Below, piece by piece: positions 1 through 9,961 of a DNA stretch of 64,000 nucleotides. The DNA comes from an uncultured Acidobacteriota bacterium. Lineage in GTDB: Bacteria > Acidobacteriota > Terriglobia > Acidiferrales > UBA7541. Numbering within the stretch: position 1 is the first letter of the stretch; every line of letters starts with the position of its first letter. The notes under the pieces are model-generated. The model saw only the letters and a program-made list of their open reading frames with translations, searched no databases and was not told the DNA's origin. A program made the translations under genes and the position numbers. Where the stretch lies: positions 2,516,071-2,580,070 of the forward strand of contig OY970264.1 of NCBI GenBank assembly GCA_963715685.1, read 5' to 3'.

Positions 1-1
1 T

Positions 2-976
2 GTTCTAATCGCGGGCGATCCGCGATCCGGCAAATCGTGGGTTGCGGGGCTCGCTTGCGAGCAACTGATCCTTCAGGGATATTCGGTGTGCGTCATCGAC
101 CCTGAGGGCGACTACCGGACGCTTGAGCCGTTGCCGGGCGTCGTCGTGCTCGGCGGCGATACGGTGCCACCTCAACTGCCAGACATCGCTCGCGCGCTGC
201 GGCATCCGGACATGAGCGCTGTGATCGATCTCTCCCATGTACCGACGCTGGACAAAATCGCGTATCTTTACTCCTTGTTGCCGATGCTCGCGGCGCTCCG
301 ACGGATTACGGGACTCCCGCACCGGATCGTCGTGGATGAAGCGCACTATTTTCTTCACGAGCCGAACGTACAGGAACTCCTCGACCTCAACCTCGGGGCC
401 TACACGCTGGTGACGTACCGGCTAACCGATCTGCATCCCGACGTCCGCAAGGCCGTGGAAGCGATTATCGTGAAGCGCATCACCGATCCGCAGGAGGTGC
501 GTTCACTCACCGCGATGACGAGAAACCAAAATCTGGCAGCAGAATGGGAATCTACGCTCGGATCGCTCGCGGCGAGCCAGGCCGCTCTGCTGCCGCGAGG
601 ACAAGAAGCCGGAGGCCAATTGCGGCGGTTCGAACTGCTGCCTCGGATGACATCGCACGTCCGCCACAGGGCGAAATACCTCGACGTCGAATTGGTCCCG
701 GAACAGGCGTTTGTCTTCACGGACAACGGCAAGCCTCTGGGATTTACTGCCCGGACTCTCAAGGAGTTCGTCGCGGCGTTGAAGCTGGTGCCCGCTCCGG
801 CGCTCGATGGTCACGCGCTCAGGGGAGATTTTTCACGCTGGATCTTCGAGGTTTTCCACGACCATCTGCTCGCATCCGACGTTCGGAAGCTGGAACACCG
901 CTACAAGTTTGGACACTCGCGAAATTTGTGCAATTCTCTCGTCGAGATCATTGAGGAGCGGTACGAAGTCTCCTAG
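2..976 (+). CDS. P-loop NTPase, HerA/FtsK-like (AAA-like) ATPase, C-terminal part; the 5' end lies outside the window
   Basis: The frame of ORF 86..976 stays open back to nt 2. Nt 14-37 encode the Walker A motif GDPRSGKS, and RIVVDEAHYF is a Walker B (hhhhDEAH). I do not recognise the C-terminal ~150 aa. Confidence 0.6.
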   Translation, partial: VLIAGDPRSGKSWVAGLACEQLILQGYSVCVIDPEGDYRTLEPLPGVVVLGGDTVPPQLPDIARALRHPDMSAVIDLSHVPTLDKIAYLYSLLPMLAALRRITGLPHRIVVDEAHYFLHEPNVQELLDLNLGAYTLVTYRLTDLHPDVRKAVEAIIVKRITDPQEVRSLTAMTRNQNLAAEWESTLGSLAASQAALLPRGQEAGGQLRRFELLPRMTSHVRHRAKYLDVELVPEQAFVFTDNGKPLGFTARTLKEFVAALKLVPAPALDGHALRGDFSRWIFEVFHDHLLASDVRKLEHRYKFGHSRNLCNSLVEIIEERYEVS

Positions 977-1026
977 CGCGCAGCCGCATCGCCAGATCGA
1001 GATTCATCGCAGACTTCGGCATTCGT

Positions 1027-1653
1027 TCACTGCCTTTTTAGGTATTCCACGCAGGCACGCCGCTCATCCTTCGTGTCTTCGCCGGGCTCGCTGCCAAAGA
1101 CTTCGAGGCGCAATTCGCGAATCGTGCAGCCTAGCCGAATCAATGCGTCCGGATAGGGCTTGTCCGGAGTCAGTACGTAGACCCCACGAGCGAAGTTTTC
1201 GACCCCAATATGTTGAACGCCCTGCGGGTGCGGAACACGAATGTCCCACGTCATCCACGAATCGATCACGGCGTCCACATGTAGATATTTTTCCTTCACG
1301 TTCGGCAGATCGGCATTGTCGAGATCGCGTCTGGGGTTTTCGTACTCCACTGTTGTCAGGGTTTTGATTTTCTCATGGTCTTTTTCGCCTTCCATGCCAT
1401 ATCGCAAGTGATGGCATTCGGCGGTACGGTCGGAAAACACTCGCAAGAACACCGACTTGTATTGCCGCTCCACGGTGAAGTGAGTGTTGATGACTTCGAG
1501 AACCACGCTCGCCGTAGAGGCATAGACGTCGAGCGGAGGCCATGCGCTTTCCGGCGTCAACTGCTGAGCATCGATGCGCGAAAGTCCCGCGAGCAGCGAC
1601 ACCACGGCCATTGCTGACAGAAATCGCTTTGTGACGCGAGCGAACATGCTCAT
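1027..1653 (-). CDS. hypothetical exported protein, last gene of the kdsA-kdsD-kdsC operon
   Basis: 208-aa ORF whose ATG lies 3 nt after the kdsC stop. The N-terminus MSMFARVTKRFLSAMAVVSLLAGLSRIDAQ looks like a signal peptide or membrane anchor. No family recognised. Confidence 0.6.
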   Translation of the reverse strand: MSMFARVTKRFLSAMAVVSLLAGLSRIDAQQLTPESAWPPLDVYASTASVVLEVINTHFTVERQYKSVFLRVFSDRTAECHHLRYGMEGEKDHEKIKTLTTVEYENPRRDLDNADLPNVKEKYLHVDAVIDSWMTWDIRVPHPQGVQHIGVENFARGVYVLTPDKPYPDALIRLGCTIRELRLEVFGSEPGEDTKDERRACVEYLKRQ

Positions 1654-1656
1654 AGT

Positions 1657-2223
1657 TCACGCGATGGCGAGAGGGATCGCCTTCTTCCACTTGCCTTGGG
1701 ATTTGAGGATGAGTTCGACGACTTCGCGGATGGCGCCTTCGCCGCCGCGGACGGTCGTGATGTAGTGCGCGGCGCGTTTCACCTCGACGACCGCGTCGCC
1801 GACGGCCACAGCTAGCCCGGCGCGTTCGAGGATCGGGAGATCGGGGAGATCGTCGCCGACGTACGCGACTTCCTCATCCGTGAGACCCGCGCGAACGAGG
1901 ACGGCTTTATACGATTCGAGCTTTTTCGGCTGGCCCTGCATCACGAACTCCATCGAGCCTTCGCGCGCGCGGCGCGCCGTGGCGGGCGAGTCGCGCCCGG
2001 TGATCAGGCCGGTGCGAATTCCCATGATGCCTGCCAGCTTGATGCCCGCGCCGTCATGCGCGTTGAAGACCTTCATTTCCGCGACGCTGCCGTCCGGAAA
2101 TCCCTGCAAGCACACGACGCCTCGCGTCATCGTGCCGTCCACGTCCATCAGCAGGACGCGGACCTTCTTGGCGCGACGCATCGCCTTAGCGGGAAACTTG
2201 ATTTCGCGGATTGCCATTTTCAC
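1657..2223 (-). CDS. kdsC: 3-deoxy-D-manno-octulosonate 8-phosphate phosphatase (HAD family, KdsC)
   Basis: HAD motif I LLMDVDGTMT. Also carries NAHDGAGIKL..GLITGR and the C-terminal YVGDDLPDLP..AVAVGDA typical of KdsC. Sits downstream of kdsD. Confidence 0.85.
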   Translation of the reverse strand: MKMAIREIKFPAKAMRRAKKVRVLLMDVDGTMTRGVVCLQGFPDGSVAEMKVFNAHDGAGIKLAGIMGIRTGLITGRDSPATARRAREGSMEFVMQGQPKKLESYKAVLVRAGLTDEEVAYVGDDLPDLPILERAGLAVAVGDAVVEVKRAAHYITTVRGGEGAIREVVELILKSQGKWKKAIPLAIA

Positions 2224-2228
2224 CTTAC

Positions 2229-2357
2229 GGAAGAGAGATCCTTCGCCGCTCCCGTTTTCGGGAAAACAATGGCATGGAATAGGGGAAAAGCAAAAGCGGA
2301 TTCCTCGTCCCGCCGGATCTTCCGGGACGCAGACGGCGCGCTTCGCTGGGAATGACA
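2229..2357 (-). repeat. intergenic repeat copy A (head TGTCATTCCCAGCGAAGCG, tail CGAAGGATCTCTCTTCC, internal hairpins) in the kdsD-kdsC spacer
   Basis: Read on the minus strand. The head matches copy B (36686..36782) at 16/19 and the tail at 13/15. The middle matches copy C (35520..35595) at 35/49 ungapped. Confidence 0.5.
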
Positions 2358-2379
2358 GGCAGACCTTGTGCGCGTCATT

Positions 2380-3363
2380 TCAGAAAAGTTGCAAGGTCCA
2401 GAGATCGTGGATATGGACGACGCCTTCGAGCCGGCCGATATGGTCCACGACTAAAATGGACGTGATTTTTTTCTCTTCCATCAACCGAAGCGCGGCGGCG
2501 GCCAGCTCGGTGCGCGGCAGAGTGATCGGCTTTTTCGTCATGCAGTCGATTGCGGAGAGATCGAGGACGTTTTGCTTGCGGCGCTGCATCACGCGGCGCA
2601 GGTCGCCGTCGGTGATGACGCCCATGAGTCGCCCATCCGGCTTGGTCACCGCGGTGAGGCCGAGTCCCTTGCGGCTCATTTCGTAAATCACATCCGGCAT
2701 TTTGGTAGTCGGCAGGACGCGCGGGAGTTCGTTGCCCATGTGCATCAGCGACTCGATGCGGCGCAACTTCTTGCCGATGCGCCCGCCGGGGTGAAGCGCG
2801 GCGAAATCCTCTTCCTTGAATCCGCGGCGATCGAGTAATGCAATCGCCAGCGCGTCGCCCATCGCAAGCGCAGCGGCGGTGGAAGCGGTCGGCGCAAGAT
2901 TCAGCGAGCAGGCTTCCTCTTTTACGGCTATATCGAGGATGATTTCGCTCGCCGCCGCGAGAGTGGAGCGCGGCTGAGCCGTCATCGCGACGATCGGAAT
3001 GCCGAGGCGCTTCACGCCCTCGACAAGCTCGATCAGCTCTTCGGTTTCGCCGCTCGCGGAAATGGCAAGCAACACGTCGCTCTCGGTCAACATGCCGAGA
3101 TCGCCGTGCAACGCTTCAGCGGCGTGCATGAAGAGCGAAGGCGTACCGACGCTGGAGAGCGTTGCGGCGACCTTGCGGCCGATGAGTCCTGACTTGCCGA
3201 GTCCGGTGACGACAACGCGCCCCTTGCACTTGAACAGAAGATCGACAACTTTCTCGAATCGCTCGTCGAGACGGTCGATGAGGCCCGCGATCGCGTCTGC
3301 TTCGATCCGAAGCACGCGCTTGGCGGTCGCGAGCGTATTTTTTGACGAGCCTGCGGGCGTCAT
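2380..3363 (-). CDS. kdsD: arabinose-5-phosphate isomerase (SIS domain plus CBS pair, KdsD/KpsF)
   Basis: SIS motif GRVVVTGLGKSGLIGRKVAATLSSVGTPSLFMHAAEALHGDLGM and a C-terminal CBS pair. ATG 3363 overlaps the kdsA TGA (ATGA). An alternative ATG lies at 3375. Confidence 0.9.
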   Translation of the reverse strand: MTPAGSSKNTLATAKRVLRIEADAIAGLIDRLDERFEKVVDLLFKCKGRVVVTGLGKSGLIGRKVAATLSSVGTPSLFMHAAEALHGDLGMLTESDVLLAISASGETEELIELVEGVKRLGIPIVAMTAQPRSTLAAASEIILDIAVKEEACSLNLAPTASTAAALAMGDALAIALLDRRGFKEEDFAALHPGGRIGKKLRRIESLMHMGNELPRVLPTTKMPDVIYEMSRKGLGLTAVTKPDGRLMGVITDGDLRRVMQRRKQNVLDLSAIDCMTKKPITLPRTELAAAALRLMEEKKITSILVVDHIGRLEGVVHIHDLWTLQLF

Positions 3364-4277
3364 TTCGATCGCCACCCTCTTCGTTCGGCTCTTGGACGAG
3401 CGGATTTTCGATGTGACTGTGGCCTCGGCGCGACATATTCAGGCGCGTCGAATTCGCGAGCGAACGCCGCGAGGCGCACGATTTTGTCGAGCAGCGGAGG
3501 AAGCTTTTCGAGAGCGAGCGCGTTGGTCCCGTCCGAGAGCGCCTTGGCGGGATTTTCGTGGACCTCGAGGAACACTCCATCGACGCCAGTGGCCACCCCT
3601 GCGCGAGCGAGCGGCTCGATGAACTCCGGCTGGCCTCCGCTCGACTTCCCCTCCCCGCCGGGCAATTGGACGGCGTGCGTCACGTCAAAGACAACGGGAT
3701 AGCCGAGCTTGCGCATGATGGGGAACGAGCGCATGTCCACAACGAGGTTCTGGTAGCCGAAAGAACTGCCGCGCTCGGTGAGGATGATTTTTTTGTTGCC
3801 AGTGCTGGCGACTTTTTCCGCGGCGTGCGCGATGTCCCAGGGCGAGAGAAATTGGCCTTTCTTGATGTTGACGACGCGCCCGGAGCGGCCGGCGGCGACG
3901 AGCAGATCGGTCTGGCGCGAAAGGAACGCGGGAATCTGAAGCACGTCGCAAACTTCAGCGGCCGGAGACACGTGGGAGACCTCATGCACATCCGTTAAGA
4001 TCGGCAAACTCGTAATTTTCTTTAATTTGGCTAGGATTCGAAGCCCCTCCTCGAGCCCCGGGCCGCGATAAGACGTGACCGACGAGCGGTTGGCCTTGTC
4101 GTAAGACGCCTTGAAGATGAGCGAAACACCGGCAGCCGATGCTATTTTGGCAAGGCGCTCGGCCGTGGCAATCGCGTGGGCTTCGCTTTCGATCACGCAG
4201 GGACCGGCAATCAGAAACAGCGGCGCGCCTCCGCCGACGCGGAAGTTTCCGATCTCGAATGTGTGCAACGGGTTCAT
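3360..4277 (-). CDS. kdsA: 3-deoxy-8-phosphooctulonate synthase (KDO8P synthase)
   Basis: Motifs FLIAGPCVIESE...FKASYDKANRSS..YRGPG...TDVHE...IPAFLSRQTDL. The start was chosen at MNPLHTF. The ORF extends to 4397, but that extension has no homology-like content. Confidence 0.88.
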   Translation of the reverse strand: MNPLHTFEIGNFRVGGGAPLFLIAGPCVIESEAHAIATAERLAKIASAAGVSLIFKASYDKANRSSVTSYRGPGLEEGLRILAKLKKITSLPILTDVHEVSHVSPAAEVCDVLQIPAFLSRQTDLLVAAGRSGRVVNIKKGQFLSPWDIAHAAEKVASTGNKKIILTERGSSFGYQNLVVDMRSFPIMRKLGYPVVFDVTHAVQLPGGEGKSSGGQPEFIEPLARAGVATGVDGVFLEVHENPAKALSDGTNALALEKLPPLLDKIVRLAAFAREFDAPEYVAPRPQSHRKSARPRAERRGWRSK

Positions 4278-4533
4278 CGGTAAGGGGCCCAAGTCTGCAT
4301 CGATGTGCTGCACCAGCCTATGCGGGATCGAAGATGTTTTCAACTTTGAATTGGGCTGCAGATTCGGCGAAGCAACAGCGCAAAACGCGCGCGGCATTGC
4401 AAGACGAGCGCCGTCGCGGGCATCGCATATGGAATAATACGGCGAGCGACCGCAACGGGAGCGCGCAAATCAAGTTCGCCGGCAGGATGCGCTTAGGCTC
4501 TGCTCAGCACGAGCCGGCGCCAAGGGGGAAAAC

Positions 4534-5160
4534 ATGAGCACGAATTTGCCGAAGGCTGTGCTGGACAGCGCGGACATTACGGCGATCACGCAACTGATAC
4601 TGCGGGAGCGGGAGAGCCGCGATCTTGCGCGTTGGGAACAGATGCGCGGATGCTTTTGGCCGGACTCGCTGATTCGCGTGAGCTGGTTTCGAGGGAATGG
4701 CGCGGACTTCGTGACGGGTTCGATTGACATGGCGCGGCGCGGGATCCCAGCGAAGCATCGGCTCGGGCCGATACACGTCACCCTGGCCGGGGAGCGCGCG
4801 ATTGCGAGCCTCGCCGCGATCATCGACCTGCCGGTGAAACTGAAAGGCATCGAGGCGACGCTTTCGACGCATTCGCGATTTCTCTATCGAGCCGAAAAGC
4901 GCGCGGAGCGATGGGGCATCATCGGGTTCGATGCGATCTACATGAGGGACGAACTCACGCCGTCGATCCCGGGACAGATCATCACGATCGATCCCCGCGA
5001 GGTGAAAGCGTTTCGAGCTTCGTACCGGATGCTGTCGTACTACCTGCACAGCCAAGGATATTCCGTCGACTCAAGTTTGCCGGGAGATGACAGGCCGGAA
5101 ACGGTTGAGGCGCTGAATAAAGAGCTTTATGGCTGGGCCGGTTTAGAGGTTCCGGCCTAA
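4534..5160 (+). CDS. SnoaL-like / NTF2-fold family protein
   Basis: 208-aa ORF. The N-terminal DITAITQLILRERESRDLARWEQMRGCFWPDS pattern resembles SnoaL_4-type NTF2-like domains. GGGGAAAAC precedes the ATG. Confidence 0.55.
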   Translation: MSTNLPKAVLDSADITAITQLILRERESRDLARWEQMRGCFWPDSLIRVSWFRGNGADFVTGSIDMARRGIPAKHRLGPIHVTLAGERAIASLAAIIDLPVKLKGIEATLSTHSRFLYRAEKRAERWGIIGFDAIYMRDELTPSIPGQIITIDPREVKAFRASYRMLSYYLHSQGYSVDSSLPGDDRPETVEALNKELYGWAGLEVPA

Positions 5161-5163
5161 ACG

Positions 5164-5197
5164 ACAAAAAACGAAATCCCGTCTCAAACGGAGATTT
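5164..5197 (-). terminator. rho-independent terminator oriented on the minus strand
   Basis: The minus strand reads AAATCTCCGT-TTGAG-ACGGGATTT-CG-TTTTTT-G, a 9-bp stem with one bulge followed by a T6 tract. On the plus strand no T tract follows the hairpin. Confidence 0.45.
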
Positions 5198-5430
5198 GGC
5201 GTCGCTTCGATGGGACACTCAAAGGTGGATCCACACGACCTAGACGGGTCATACCGGAGGTTTTTGGTCTCCGATACACGAAATCTGACTAATTCGGTAC
5301 TTCATCCTATGAAATCTAATTGCCTTTAACGCCCTTAGTTTCTGGCGATTAAGCCCTATGGGCCAATATGGCTCCAAAAACGACAAATGTAACATGCTAA
5401 CTTTTAGCGCTTTTGGTGCATCATATATGC

Positions 5431-5700
5431 ATGAGCCAAAAGCGCAAAGGAACAGGGCGACTAGTACCCACCCGGCCGACGGGCGTCGAGTACCGGGTGA
5501 ATTACGGCATCCACATTGTCGCGGAGCCGCGAAAGCATGGCCGCGGCATCACACCGGCGAAGTGGGCGCGGTGCTCCGTGCGTCCCGCGAATGCCGGGCG
5601 AATCCCTGCGGGAGATTATTTCCTGCACGCGGATGAAGGCGGAGTCTTCCAACTGAAGCTGACCGGCAACATTTGGCAGTATCTCGCCGCGGCGGCGTAA
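5431..5700 (+). CDS. hypothetical small protein (89 aa)
   Basis: ATG-initiated ORF MSQKRKGTGRLVPTRPTG... with G/C-rich third codon positions over its 3' two thirds. No recognisable family and no clear RBS. Confidence 0.35.
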   Translation: MSQKRKGTGRLVPTRPTGVEYRVNYGIHIVAEPRKHGRGITPAKWARCSVRPANAGRIPAGDYFLHADEGGVFQLKLTGNIWQYLAAAA

Positions 5701-5914
5701 CGCCCTGCTGAAGTGTTTCACCACAGCTCTGCCTGCATAGGGCGGAGCTTTGTCTGTAAAATGTTTTTCCACATTTCAAACTCGTAGTTTACCAGGCTCA
5801 TTTCCACTCGACGGCCATCTCAATTCCTTTGCTTTTGTAACTAGTCCGAATGGGACTATGATGCCGGGCGCGGCGCGCCCGGCGCCATCGGCGATGCGCG
5901 CGGAAGGAGCGAAC

Positions 5915-6829
5915 ATGAGAGTCATCGACCACAACACGATTACGGACGCTGCGATCGAGCAGATGTCCTCGACGCCAAATCCGCGATTGAAGGAAATCAT
6001 GGCGGCGCTGGTGCGGCATCTGCACGCGTTCACGCGCGAAGTGGATCTCACGCCGGAGGAGTGGCTCGAAGGGATTCGCTTTCTAACGGCCGTGGGACAG
6101 AAATGCACCGAGCACCGGCAGGAGTTCATTCTGCTTTCGGATACGCTGGGGCTGAGTTCGCTCGTCAACGCGCTGCACGACAAGCGCGCGACGGAAGCCG
6201 CGACGAAGTCGAGCCTGCTCGGGCCGTTTTATCGCCACGATGCGCCAATGATGCAGCTCGGCGATTCGATCATCTCGAAGAGTGCGGGAACGGAGATCGT
6301 CTTTTACGGGCGCGTCGTGAATTCGGCCGGCAAAGGCGTTCCCAATGCGCTGGTGCAAATCTGGGAACCGGACGAAACCGGACACTATGATTTGCAGAAG
6401 CACGATCCCTCAGAGATGGATCTGCGCGGATGTTTTCACGCCGATGCAGACGGGCGCTACTACTTTCGCGGGCTGTGCCCGCTCGGATACATGATCCCCA
6501 TGGACGGCCCGGTCGGCGACATGATTCGCGCGCAGAAGCGCCACGGCTATCGCCCGGCGCACATTCATTTCGTGATTGGCGCGCCGGGATATCGCGAGCT
6601 GGTGACGGCGCTGTACGTAGCGGGCGACGATCACATCGATTCGGACACGGTTTTCGGCGTGAACGAGTCGCTCATCGTCTCGCTGAACAAGAAGGACCCC
6701 GCTTCCCCATTGCCTCACCTGCCGAGCATTCGATTCGATTTTCAGCTGGCGGCGGCCAAGGATCAGATGTCCGGGCGCGTGGGAGCTGACCCTTCGCAGA
6801 TTACAGCGAAAGCTGGATCAAAGACGTAA
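5915..6829 (+). CDS. intradiol ring-cleavage dioxygenase, hydroxyquinol 1,2-dioxygenase-like
   Basis: The N-terminal helical domain (NPRLKEIMAALVRHLHAF..LTPEEWLEGIRFL) plus GRVVN..G.PV..A.VQIWEPDETGHYD and YRPAHIHF are intradiol dioxygenase hallmarks. ATG 5915 is preceded by GGAAGGAG. Confidence 0.85.
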   Translation: MRVIDHNTITDAAIEQMSSTPNPRLKEIMAALVRHLHAFTREVDLTPEEWLEGIRFLTAVGQKCTEHRQEFILLSDTLGLSSLVNALHDKRATEAATKSSLLGPFYRHDAPMMQLGDSIISKSAGTEIVFYGRVVNSAGKGVPNALVQIWEPDETGHYDLQKHDPSEMDLRGCFHADADGRYYFRGLCPLGYMIPMDGPVGDMIRAQKRHGYRPAHIHFVIGAPGYRELVTALYVAGDDHIDSDTVFGVNESLIVSLNKKDPASPLPHLPSIRFDFQLAAAKDQMSGRVGADPSQITAKAGSKT

Positions 6830-6838
6830 CGCAGCGGA

Positions 6839-7879
6839 TCAGTTGGCGGCGCGGCGCTGGAATTCGGCGCGGACGAGCTTGGCGCCTGCGGCCATCGCTT
6901 CCATTTTGCCGAAGGCGACGTTCGCCGGCAGATACTTCATCCCGCAATCCGTCGCAACGACCAGGCGATCGGCAGAAACGAACGGCAGCGCACGCCTGAT
7001 GCGCGCGGCCACAACTTCGGGAGTTTCCACTTCATTCGTCGAAAGATCAATGACGCCGAGAATGATGGTCTTGCTGGGAAGTTTTGCAAGGACCGCGCAA
7101 TCAAGCTTGGACTGCCCGGTTTCGATCGAAATTTGCCGCACGGGAGAACCTGCCAACTCTTCGAGAAATGAATACGCCGCCGGGCGTCCCGGAACCATCG
7201 CAGCGTAGCCGAAGCAGATGTGCAAAGCCGTGGTGCCCGCGATTCCCTCGAGCGCCCGCGCAACAGCGCTGAGGCCGAAGCGGCGGGCCTTCTCGGGTTG
7301 CGCTTCCATCCAAGGCTCGTCGATTTGAACGATGTCCGCGCCGGCGGCGAAGAGGTCTTTCATCTCCGCGTTCACGGCAGCGGCATAGTCGAGAGCCATT
7401 TCTTCTTCGGTCGAATAATGGTCGTTCTGCGCCTGCTGCGACATTGTAAATGGGCCGGGAACGGTGATTTTGATCTTGCGGTCGGTATTGGCGCGGAGAA
7501 ATTGCAGATCGCGGACTTCGACCGGATGCTTCCGGCGAATCCTGCCGACCACGCGCGGCACGAGAATGGTGTTGCCGGTGCGGCTGATCACTTGCCCGGG
7601 ATTATCGAGATCGACGCCTTCGAGCGCGGTGGCGAAGCGGTTCGAGTAGCTCTCGCGGCGCATTTCGCCATCGGTGATGATATCGAGCCCTGCGCGCTCC
7701 TGGTGGCGGATTGCAAGGAGCGTGGCGTCGTCTTGAGCCTGATCGAGAAACTCCGGAGCGACTCGCCACAGCTCCGCGGCACGAACGCGTGGCGGCATGC
7801 GATGCGCGAGCTTCTGCCGGTCGATGAGCCACTCGGGCTGGGGGTACGAGCCGACAAGAGAAGTAGGCAGCAAAGTCAT
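6839..7879 (-). CDS. cobalamin-independent methionine synthase family protein (MetE C-terminal-domain-like)
   Basis: LLPTSLVGSYPQPEWL at the N-terminus, plus ..DGEMRRESY.. and ..HICFGY..D.I.IE... are typical of Meth_synt_2-type proteins. The start was chosen at MTLLPTS. Confidence 0.8.
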   Translation of the reverse strand: MTLLPTSLVGSYPQPEWLIDRQKLAHRMPPRVRAAELWRVAPEFLDQAQDDATLLAIRHQERAGLDIITDGEMRRESYSNRFATALEGVDLDNPGQVISRTGNTILVPRVVGRIRRKHPVEVRDLQFLRANTDRKIKITVPGPFTMSQQAQNDHYSTEEEMALDYAAAVNAEMKDLFAAGADIVQIDEPWMEAQPEKARRFGLSAVARALEGIAGTTALHICFGYAAMVPGRPAAYSFLEELAGSPVRQISIETGQSKLDCAVLAKLPSKTIILGVIDLSTNEVETPEVVAARIRRALPFVSADRLVVATDCGMKYLPANVAFGKMEAMAAGAKLVRAEFQRRAAN

Positions 7880-7950
7880 GGGACACCAAAATGTCGTTTG
7901 CGGCGGGTGGTTGTCAAGCGGATTCACGCGTCGTCGTAGGAGCGCGCCAA

Positions 7951-9671
<1,721 letters not shown>

Positions 9672-9709
9672 GGTGCTCGCTTTCCTCCGGTGGAGTCGGC
9701 GTACAAAAC

Positions 9710-9738
9710 ATTATCTGCGGAAAGTGCGCGCGTGTCAA
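9710..9738 (-). promoter_or_regulatory. sigma70-type promoter candidate for pyrG
   Basis: The minus strand reads TTGACA (9738..9733), a 17-nt spacer, then GATAAT (9715..9710). This sits about 40 nt upstream of the pyrG ATG, with GGAGGAAAG in between. Confidence 0.5.
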
Positions 9739-9961
9739 ATTACGATTGTTTTGGAATTGGAAAGTCACATCGTTACTCCCTCGTTGTTTGAGTTAGCCAT
9801 CGACAATGGCACAAGGAAACTCGTGCAGTTCCAATGAGGAGCAGACCATCAGGCCCGGCGGGGGTGACCTGCGTCACGCCCCAGTGTGATGCAGGTCGCA
9901 CCATTCCCGGCGAATCTGGAGTGAAACTAAATCAGGCGAAAATATAGAGCACCTCCATTAA

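Noticed and set aside
5161-5430. tRNA/tmRNA gene or integration scar in the AT-rich gap
   Set aside because: There is no T-arm-like GGTTCGAATCC-type sequence, no acceptor-stem pairing, and no integrase or direct repeats nearby.
5750-5914. N-terminal extension of the dioxygenase ORF
   Set aside because: Homology-like sequence starts at MRVIDHN (ATG 5915), which has a GGAAGGAG RBS. The extension has no dioxygenase-like content.
7880-7950. Cobalamin riboswitch upstream of the MetE-like gene
   Set aside because: Only about 70 nt separate it from the pyrG stop. That is far too short for a cobalamin riboswitch, and no B12-box-like sequence was seen.
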